Positions 56,796 through 64,000 of a DNA stretch of 64,000 bases are shown here, piece by piece (the first letter of the stretch is position 1; each line of letters begins with the position of its first letter). Location: assembly GCA_965207225.1 (NCBI GenBank), contig CBDBLV010000005.1:128001-192000 (forward strand), in the 5' to 3' direction. The stretch is from Dehalococcoidia bacterium. GTDB taxonomy: Bacteria; Chloroflexota; Dehalococcoidia; Plut-88900. The translations under genes were made by a program, and so were the position numbers. The notes beneath the pieces were generated by a model. The model did not search any database, was not told the origin of the DNA, and saw only the letters and a program-made list of their open reading frames with translations.

Positions 56796-58139
56796 ATGCC
56801 TAGAGCCGATTTCGACAACGATCTGAAGCTGCTGGAGGAAGACCTTCTCCGGATGGGCGACATGGTCGAGGAAGCGATAGACCGGGCCCTCGATGCCCTA
56901 TCCAAGCGCGATCTTGATGCATCCGCGCAGGTGGTTCGGGACGACGACAATCTGGACCGCTTGCAGATCGAGATTGAAGAGAAGTGCATCGAGCTCATCG
57001 CCACCCAGCAGCCGATGGCAGGCGACCTCAGGGCCCTGGTAACGGTATTGAGCGTCGTAAGCGACCTGGAACGGATGGGGGACTATGCGGAAGGGATCGG
57101 GAAGATCAGCCTACTAATGGGCGATGAGCCTCCGATAAAACCTTTGATCGACATTCCGCTTATGGCCGAAAAGGCCAAGAAAATGCTGGAAGGCAGCCTC
57201 GAGTCCCTGGTGAACCGGGACGTGGAGTTGGCGGCCCAGGTCAGCGTCGATGACGACGAAGTCGACTCCCTGTACGACCAGGTATACCGGGAGCTTCTCA
57301 CTTACATGATCCAGGACCCGAAGAACGTGCAGCGGGCCACCTACCTGCTATGGGTAGCCCACGACCTTGAAAGGCTTGCGGACAGGGCGACGAACATCGC
57401 TGAGAGGGTGATATACCTGGTGACGGGTCGGCAGATCACGGTCGAAGTTTCACCATCGACGGTCAGGGTCAGGGAGCAGCAAGGAAAAATCAGGAGGCAG
57501 GTCATGGCCAGATCGCCGTCGATTCCCGGAGCCCACGAAAAGTTCTACGAGCTGCTGCAGAGCGAGGCGTCTAACCTGAAGATCACCGCCCAGGCCCTTG
57601 CGGAGATGATGGACGACTTCGGGTCGGTGGAAACGAGCGCCCAGAGGATTCGGGACCTGGAGCACACCGGCGACGAGATCATTCACAGCATAATGCGTCT
57701 GCTGCACGGCACGTTTGTGACTCCGCTGGACAGGCAGGACATCCAGAACCTGGCGGAGCGGCTGGACGACGTCGTGGACCACATTGAGGAGGCGGCGCGG
57801 GATATCCAGGAGTTCAACATCGAAGCGCCAACGCCCCAGGCGGCTGAGGTAGCCCACGTCCTTCAGCAAGCGGGGGTGGAGTTGGAGAAGGCGGTCGGGT
57901 GGCTTCCGACCATGCGTACAAAGAAGGACGACATCCTGGAGCTGTGCCGAAGCATCAGCACGCTGGAGGAGGAGGCGGACAGGGTCGGGAGGCAGGCGCT
58001 GATCGAGCTGTTCAACGACGGCCGGTCCTTCAATGAGGTGATGAAGTGGCGGGAGGTGTACCAGCACCTGGAGGAAGCGGCCGACAGCTGCCAAGGCGCA
58101 GCCATTGTGCTGGAAGGCATCGTCCTGGAATATGCCTAG
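56796..58139 (+). CDS. phoU: PhoU fused in frame to a DUF47 (PhoU-like) domain
   Basis: PhoU motifs QP.A.DLR, DLERMGDY and LERLADRATNIAE, followed by DUF47 motifs LEH.GD, FVTPLDRQDI and LEEAAD. Confidence 0.88.
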   Translation: MPRADFDNDLKLLEEDLLRMGDMVEEAIDRALDALSKRDLDASAQVVRDDDNLDRLQIEIEEKCIELIATQQPMAGDLRALVTVLSVVSDLERMGDYAEGIGKISLLMGDEPPIKPLIDIPLMAEKAKKMLEGSLESLVNRDVELAAQVSVDDDEVDSLYDQVYRELLTYMIQDPKNVQRATYLLWVAHDLERLADRATNIAERVIYLVTGRQITVEVSPSTVRVREQQGKIRRQVMARSPSIPGAHEKFYELLQSEASNLKITAQALAEMMDDFGSVETSAQRIRDLEHTGDEIIHSIMRLLHGTFVTPLDRQDIQNLAERLDDVVDHIEEAARDIQEFNIEAPTPQAAEVAHVLQQAGVELEKAVGWLPTMRTKKDDILELCRSISTLEEEADRVGRQALIELFNDGRSFNEVMKWREVYQHLEEAADSCQGAAIVLEGIVLEYA

Positions 58140-58165
58140 CCGGTCCCGGGTCACAGGCTGACTTC

Positions 58166-58843
58166 TTGGAGAAATCTCTTCCCAAACGAGCACTCGCCGA
58201 GGGCATCGGCACATTTGGCCTGGTGTTCGCTACGGCGGGCGCGAATGTAGTCAACGAACTGTCCGACGGCCGGATTACCCACCTGGGGGTGGGCATAGTC
58301 TCGGGGCTGATCATCACGGCGATGATCTATGCCGTGGGGCACATCTCGGGGGCGCACTTCAACCCTGCGGTGACCGTGGGTTTTGCGGTGGGCCGGCACT
58401 TCCCCATGAAAGAGATTCCCGTCTACTGGGCTGCGCAACTGCTCGGGGGCAGTGTTGGGGCGTTAAGCCTGCTCGGCCTGTTCGGGAAGGTGGGGATCAT
58501 GGGGGGGACGGTGCCAAGGGGCTCGACGCTAGAGTCGTTCGGCTTCGAGATACCGCTGACCTTCATCCTGATGTTCGTCATCATGGCCGTGGCGACAGAT
58601 TCCCGGGCGCAGGGGGGACAGGCGGCGCTGGCGGTCGGAGTCACAGTGGGGCTGAACTCGATATTCGGGGGGCCGATATCGGGGGCGTCGATGAACCCGG
58701 CGAGGTCATTCGGGCCTGCGCTGGCGGCGTGGAATTGGGGAGACCACTGGATCTACTGGACGGCGCCGTTTGTCGGGGCGGGGTTGGGGGCGGTGGCTTA
58801 TAATCTTCTCCGTTCCTCCAGAGAAGACACGCCCACCCCGTAG
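58166..58843 (+). CDS. MIP-family channel (aquaporin/aquaglyceroporin)
   Basis: SGAHFNPAVT and SMNPARS; start assumed at TTG 58166. Confidence 0.92.
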   Translation: MEKSLPKRALAEGIGTFGLVFATAGANVVNELSDGRITHLGVGIVSGLIITAMIYAVGHISGAHFNPAVTVGFAVGRHFPMKEIPVYWAAQLLGGSVGALSLLGLFGKVGIMGGTVPRGSTLESFGFEIPLTFILMFVIMAVATDSRAQGGQAALAVGVTVGLNSIFGGPISGASMNPARSFGPALAAWNWGDHWIYWTAPFVGAGLGAVAYNLLRSSREDTPTP

Positions 58844-58874
58844 CTGCTCAGGCGGCTAGAACAAGGAGACACCG

Positions 58875-59318
58875 ATGTCCGACGTCAAACCCATCCCTGA
58901 CGGCTATTCCATCATCACCCCCTACCTTATCGTCAATGATGCTGCCGGGTTCCTGGACTTTCTCTCCAATGCGTTTGGAGCGGTGGAGAGGCTGCGCATA
59001 CCAATGCCCGGAGGAACCATCGGACATTCCGAGGTGGAGATAAACGGTGCGGTGCTGATGGTGAGCGACGTGGAGGGGACGGACTTCCAGACGACAAGGT
59101 CGCTGATACATCATTTTGTCGAGGACGTTGACTCTGCCTACAAGCGGGCCATCGACGCCGGGGCGACGCCTATCGCCGAGCCGGAAACCCAGTTCTATGG
59201 AGACCGCATGGGCCACGTGCTCGATCCGTCCGGCAACCGGTGGGTACTGTCTACCCATGTGGAGGACGTGGACATGGACGAGGTGATGAAGGCTATCGAG
59301 GGGATGGGGGAGGGGTAG
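58875..59318 (+). CDS. VOC/glyoxalase (PhnB-like) protein
   Basis: ITPYL, AFGA, FYGDR and DPSGNRW. Confidence 0.88.
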   Translation: MSDVKPIPDGYSIITPYLIVNDAAGFLDFLSNAFGAVERLRIPMPGGTIGHSEVEINGAVLMVSDVEGTDFQTTRSLIHHFVEDVDSAYKRAIDAGATPIAEPETQFYGDRMGHVLDPSGNRWVLSTHVEDVDMDEVMKAIEGMGEG

Positions 59319-59506
59319 GGCACCTTGACGCCCGGGCTGGCATGGTACCCTCCCCACTCGACCCTTCGATGGAGCTCAGGGTGAGCGGCCCAGCCCCGGG
59401 GATGGATTCCCGATCGGGGTCGGGAATGACGTGATGGGGGGTTGGACACCGACTCCCGTGAAATCTAGAATAAGCAACAATTCAACAGGGCAGGGAGGGC
59501 GAGAAC

Positions 59507-59950
59507 ATGGCTAGCGGGCCGCAGGTACATGCAATCAGTGTTTCGAAGAGCCACTTCGGGGATATGGAGTCTCAGGCGAGCGCGCACGTAATCGAGGACC
59601 TGGGCATCGAGGGGGACAGGTACGCGGTGAAGCGGGGGATGAACCGGGCCAAGCGACAGGTGCTCCTGATGGACAAGGAGACGATCGACCTGCTGGGTCT
59701 GAACCCCGGGACGGTGCGGGAGAATATCACGACCGAGGGTTTCGATATCTATTCGCTGGAGCCGGGGCAGAAGGTGCGCATCGGCTCCCAGGTGGAATTG
59801 GAGATCACGGAGCTGTGCAACCCGTGCGAGCGGATGGATGCGGTGAGGCCGGGCCTGAGGGCGGAGCTGGAGGGGCGTCGGGGGATGCTGACCCGGGTGG
59901 CGAAGGGTGGGGATATTGTCATCGGGGATGGGATCTCGGTGGTGGGGTGA
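59507..59950 (+). CDS. MOSC-domain protein
   Basis: GIEGD, RQVLL, ENITTEG and C.PC.RM. Confidence 0.88.
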   Translation: MASGPQVHAISVSKSHFGDMESQASAHVIEDLGIEGDRYAVKRGMNRAKRQVLLMDKETIDLLGLNPGTVRENITTEGFDIYSLEPGQKVRIGSQVELEITELCNPCERMDAVRPGLRAELEGRRGMLTRVAKGGDIVIGDGISVVG

Positions 59951-60109
59951 TGCCCCACACACCGCGGGATTCATCGGAGTCCCGCCCACCCGCCCTGTTT
60001 TATTGACCTATCAAAAATGCGACGCATTTTTGATAGGTCTTTTCCAAGGGGGAATAAGAAGTAGGGACGTTAAGGGTGGGGATAGGTTGGATTTAGGGAA
60101 TGGCGCTTG

Positions 60110-60320
60110 AGATTCCTCGCGGGGCCTCGGAATGACATGTAAGGGCGTGGGTTTGCGGAAGGCAGGCGTGATGGGTTGGAGGGGTGTGGGCCACCCCTCG
60201 CTCGACCCTTCGACGCTGCTGAGGGCGAACAGAATGGCCAACCCCTCGGGATGGATTCCCGATCGGGGTCGGGAATGACGGGAAAGAGGGGATGGATTCC
60301 GGCTCGGGGGCCGGAATGAC
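60110..60320. repeat. Mosaic intergenic repeat cluster
   Basis: AGATTCCTCGCGGGGCCTCGGAATGAC, CCCTTCGAC..GAGGGCGAAC and two GGATTCC(N)GGAATGAC units. Confidence 0.8.
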
Positions 60321-60352
60321 GAAATGAAGAGGACGCACAAGGGAGGGGACGG

Positions 60353-62554
60353 TTAGGTGAGCTTTTCCAGGGGGGCGTAGCTGAGGAGGAGTTTCTTGAT
60401 GCCGTGGGAGCCCTTGAAGGCCACGGTGACGAGATGGTCGTCGTTGGATTCGGTGCAGGAGACGACTATGCCCTCGCCGAAGGCGTTGTGCTGGACGCGG
60501 TCGCCGGCGGAGAAGAGAGCTTCCTGCTTTGCCTTCGGTTTGGGCGGTGACCACCAGAGGTCATCGGCGCGGGCCTGATAGCCCTTGGGGTTCTGGGAGA
60601 AGTTGGCGGTTAGTCCCTGGGGAATGGCCTCCAGGAAGCGGGAGGGCGGGTTGACGTTGCTGGAGCCCATCATGTTGCGGCGGAAGGCCCGCACCAGGTA
60701 GAGGCGCTCCTTGGCCCGAGTCATCCCCACGTAGCAGAGGCGACGCTCCTCTTCCATCTGGTCGGGATCGTCGATGGAGCGTCTATGGGGCAGCAGGCCC
60801 TCCTCCATGCCCACGAGGAATACGGCCGGGTACTCGAGGCCCTTGGCCTGGTGGAGGGTGATGAGGGTGACGGCGTTGGCCCGGGCGTCGATATCATCGG
60901 TGTCGGAGACGAGGGCGACGCCGTCGAGGAGGGCGGTGAGGGCTTCGTCGGGTTCCATGCCGAGGTACTCGGATGCGACGGAGCGGAGTTCCATGACGTT
61001 GTCCCAGCGGTCTTCGCCGCGGTCCTCGGACTCCAGGAGGGCCTCCCGGTACCCCGAGCGCTCGGCGACCATGCTTATGAGCTGGGTGACCTCCACGCCT
61101 TTGCCGTCCTCGATCAGGCCGTTGAGCATGTGGAGGAAGGCGGTCAGGGTGCGTCGCGGCCCCGGGCCGAAGGGGGGCTCGGGGCCCGAGATTCCTTCCT
61201 CGGGGGGATTGGCGAGGAGCTGGAGGGCGGTGTAGGGGGGCATGCCAAGCTGCGTGGCCCACATGAACAGGCCGTCGACTGTCTTCTGCCCTATGCCCCG
61301 CTTGGGGACGTTGATGATGCGTCGGAGGCTGACGGTGTCGTAGGGGTTGTGGACGAGTCGGAGGTAGGCGACGACGTCCTTGACCTCACGTCGCTCGTAG
61401 AAGCGGGTGCCCCCGACCAGCCTGTATGGGATGCCGTAGCGCATGAAAGACTCTTCCAGGACCCGAGACTGGGCGTTGGTGCGGTACATGACCGCGATGT
61501 CGCCGGGGGCGTAGTTGTCGTCGCGCTGGAGGCGTTCGACTTCGCGGGCGACGGTCTGGGCCTCGTCCTGTTCGTTATAAGCCTCGGACATGGTGATAGG
61601 GACACCGAGGCCGTTGTCGGTCCAGAGGCTCTTATCCTTGCGCTGTCGGTTGCCGGCGATGACGTAGTGGGCGGAGTCGAGGATGGTCTGGGTGGAGCGG
61701 TAGTTCTGCTCCAGGAAGATTGTCCTGGCCCTGGGGAAGTCCTTTTCGAAGCTGAGGATGTTCCGGATATCGGCATGGCGCCAGGAGTAGATGGACTGGT
61801 CGGGGTCGCCGACGACGCAGATGTTGCCGTGGGCACTGGCCAGCTGCCGGGCGAGGCGGTACTGGACGACGTTGGTGTCCTGGAACTCGTCGATGAGGAG
61901 GTAGCGGTAGCGGTTGGCGTACTTTTCGAGGGTGTCGGGTGAGCGGTCAAAGAGCTGGACGGCCTTGAGGAGGAGGTCGTCGAAGTCGACGCCGTTGTTG
62001 CCCTCAAGGATGGCCTGGTAGCGCTGGAAGACCCGACCCACGACTTCGTCGAAGTAGCTGTGGACGTGCAGTCGGTGGGACTCGGCGTCGATCATCTGGC
62101 TCTTGTTGGCGGAGATGGCGGAGGAGATGGAGCGTGGAGGGAAGTTGCGGGTGTCGACGTTGATGTCCTGCATGGCCTCCTTGATGATGGAGTTCTTGTC
62201 GTCTTCGTCGTAGATGACGAGGTTGCGGTCGAGGCCGATGGGTTCGCCGTCCATGCGGAGGATACGGACGCAGATGGCGTGGAAGGTGCCCATGGTGAGC
62301 CGCTCCGTCTCCTGGCCGACGAGGTCGAATACCCGCTCACGCATCTCCCTGGAAGCCTTGTTGGTGAAGGTGACGGCCATGATGCGGCTCGGGTATACGC
62401 CAACGACCTGCATGAGGTAGGCGATGCGGTGAGTGATGACACGGGTCTTGCCGCTGCCGGGCCCGGCGAGGATGAGAAGGGGGCCGTCCACAGTCTCGAC
62501 GGCTTCGCGCTGGGGCGGGTTGAGGCCTTCGAGGAGGTTTTGCGCGGTGGTCAT
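60353..62554 (-). CDS. pcrA: ATP-dependent DNA helicase PcrA/UvrD
   Basis: AGPGSGKT, DEFQDTN, GDPDQSIY, NYRST, HQAKGLE and EERRLCYVGMTRA. Confidence 0.96.
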   Translation of the reverse strand: MTTAQNLLEGLNPPQREAVETVDGPLLILAGPGSGKTRVITHRIAYLMQVVGVYPSRIMAVTFTNKASREMRERVFDLVGQETERLTMGTFHAICVRILRMDGEPIGLDRNLVIYDEDDKNSIIKEAMQDINVDTRNFPPRSISSAISANKSQMIDAESHRLHVHSYFDEVVGRVFQRYQAILEGNNGVDFDDLLLKAVQLFDRSPDTLEKYANRYRYLLIDEFQDTNVVQYRLARQLASAHGNICVVGDPDQSIYSWRHADIRNILSFEKDFPRARTIFLEQNYRSTQTILDSAHYVIAGNRQRKDKSLWTDNGLGVPITMSEAYNEQDEAQTVAREVERLQRDDNYAPGDIAVMYRTNAQSRVLEESFMRYGIPYRLVGGTRFYERREVKDVVAYLRLVHNPYDTVSLRRIINVPKRGIGQKTVDGLFMWATQLGMPPYTALQLLANPPEEGISGPEPPFGPGPRRTLTAFLHMLNGLIEDGKGVEVTQLISMVAERSGYREALLESEDRGEDRWDNVMELRSVASEYLGMEPDEALTALLDGVALVSDTDDIDARANAVTLITLHQAKGLEYPAVFLVGMEEGLLPHRRSIDDPDQMEEERRLCYVGMTRAKERLYLVRAFRRNMMGSSNVNPPSRFLEAIPQGLTANFSQNPKGYQARADDLWWSPPKPKAKQEALFSAGDRVQHNAFGEGIVVSCTESNDDHLVTVAFKGSHGIKKLLLSYAPLEKLT

Positions 62555-62608
62555 GGCAAGTTGATTATAGCAATGGGGGTGGGGGGGGGTGTGTGGTAGG
62601 GTGGGAGG

Positions 62609-63814
62609 ATGAGAAGGTCATTCCTCTTTGCCCTAGCAGTCGTTTTGATGAGCTTGGTTGGCTGCGACACCCCGCCGCCAACCCCTCTCCCCACATCAAC
62701 TTCTGCTCCCACCCCCACTCCACCCCCGACCATCACCGTAGTCCCGACGATTGTGCCAACCCAAACCCCTGAATCGTTACTACCTTCTGCACCTCAAATC
62801 CTGGATTCGGCTGTTGAGAATTTGCGGAGGCAGGCTTCTTTTCACGTTTCGGCGGTGATTGAGACGAGCACGGTTACTACGACTATCGAGGCGGATGTCG
62901 TGCCTCCAAACATGGGGTACGTTAGGGAACAGTGGACTTCGGGGCTGGCGAAGAACGTAGACGAGTTTCTGTTTATAGATGACTCTCGCTATTCTCGGCC
63001 GCCGGGCTTCCAGGTATGGTTCGACTACAGCGGAACGACCTGGTCCCGCAGGACTGTCGGGGACTTTCCTTACGACTTGGCCTTTCTTGCTGAAGAAGTG
63101 GGAGAGTTGGCATTGCGGGGGTCGGAGGAGGTGGAGGGAGCGCTGGCATATCGGATCATAGGCGTTGTGTCGAGGCGTCTGGAAGTTGCCCTGGGGTTTG
63201 ATGTCGGGGCCCGTTTGGTGAATGACGCCTCGGTGGTTGAGATCTGGGTCAGCAGGGAAGACCTGTTGCCGCTGCGTATCGAGGCCCGGTTCGACGGAGC
63301 CGGAGAGTCGTTCAGCGCGGTTTATTCGGACTTCGGGTCGGGGATAGACGTTTCTGCGCCCGAGGAGGTATTGCACCTGGACTACCTGCAGGGATTGCTG
63401 GATGGGACGCTTGATGCCGAGGAGAAGGGCCTGATGGTGAGCGTGTTTCCGCCGGAAGGGCAGGTGTGCGTGGAGGAAGAGATAGGGGTCGGGCCTTACC
63501 GGGAACTGGTGTCGGGGGCGAGTGATCTCGATGATGTTCTCTTGTGGGTCCTGGACCACTGCGAGTGGGAGGTCTTCTCGTTCTCCGACAACTTTGCCAG
63601 GAGCGGCCTTGCCGAAGTCCTGTACAGCCTGGACCTGACTGTTCTCACTATCCCGCGCGGGGATATGGTCGGGGAGTTGGCAGAGTGTGTGAGAGGGGTG
63701 GTGGGGCTTGAGGCGCTGTTCGAGGTGGGGTGGGGGGAGCGGCCCCCGACGCCTGAAGAAGTGGAGGCTGCGGAGATGTGTGTTGTTGCGGCTGTGGAGG
63801 AAGAAATCTACTAG
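62609..63814 (+). CDS. Lipoprotein with Pro/Thr linker (LppX/LolA-like fold suspected)
   Basis: Lipobox LVGC, PT-rich linker, WV...L..R....YSDFG...V.AP. Confidence 0.7.
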   Translation: MRRSFLFALAVVLMSLVGCDTPPPTPLPTSTSAPTPTPPPTITVVPTIVPTQTPESLLPSAPQILDSAVENLRRQASFHVSAVIETSTVTTTIEADVVPPNMGYVREQWTSGLAKNVDEFLFIDDSRYSRPPGFQVWFDYSGTTWSRRTVGDFPYDLAFLAEEVGELALRGSEEVEGALAYRIIGVVSRRLEVALGFDVGARLVNDASVVEIWVSREDLLPLRIEARFDGAGESFSAVYSDFGSGIDVSAPEEVLHLDYLQGLLDGTLDAEEKGLMVSVFPPEGQVCVEEEIGVGPYRELVSGASDLDDVLLWVLDHCEWEVFSFSDNFARSGLAEVLYSLDLTVLTIPRGDMVGELAECVRGVVGLEALFEVGWGERPPTPEEVEAAEMCVVAAVEEEIY

Positions 63815-63847
63815 CGGGCGGGGCTGCGCGGTGTTACTGTGCCTCGG

Positions 63848-64000
63848 ATGAGACGAGCATTGATATTGATCGCCTGTGTCCTGGTGGCGGGTGGGGTGGG
63901 GTGTGAGGGCCTGCTCCCGACAGCTACCGCCCGTTCTCAGAACAACTGGATTCCCGCGTCGGAAGCTGAGGCGGGTGATGCGCACTGGATAGTCCGCTCT
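63848..64000 (+). CDS. Probable lipoprotein, N-terminus only
   Basis: MRRALILIACVLVAGGVGC signal peptide; runs off the window. Confidence 0.5.
   Translation, partial: MRRALILIACVLVAGGVGCEGLLPTATARSQNNWIPASEAEAGDAHWIVRS

Overview
GC-rich bacterial chromosomal window. The host may be Chloroflexota/Dehalococcoidia-like; this is inferred only from the integrase type and gene content. The left edge has the 5' end of gyrB and a four-tRNA cluster (Val-CAC, Leu-CAG, Arg-GCG, Val-TAC). A ~35.4 kb island sits at the 3' end of tRNA-Val(TAC). It resolves into two tandem, related integrative elements, A (2500-17320) and B (17321-37917), delimited by three copies of the core GCCCACCAG. Each element encodes a large serine recombinase whose own 52-bp palindromic attP lies inside its 3' end, so excision would swap the enzyme's C-terminal tail. 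The two elements use the same CC crossover in opposite polarity. Each also has an internally duplicated Replic_Relax-like protein, a small 'LRILAR' protein and a conserved ~330-bp non-coding module, and neither has recognisable conjugation or capsid genes. The cargo is defence-rich: Dcm-MORC-Z1-DUF4420, a TPR-HEPN protein, an EEP nuclease, an ISAs1-disrupted type IIG-like RM gene, four PIN toxin-antitoxin pairs and two IS21 elements. The right half is mostly core genome: HEPN orphans, crcB, duplicated cupins, an ERG4/ERG24 sterol reductase, an orphan structured transcript, yebC-ruvC-ruvA, rpsP-KH-rimM, malic enzyme, a degenerate GGDEF-RHH gene ahead of pstSCAB and a phoU/DUF47 fusion, an aquaporin, and pcrA. 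Dense mosaic palindromic repeats fill its intergenic DNA. All calls come from reading the sequence and motifs by eye; no database searches were run.
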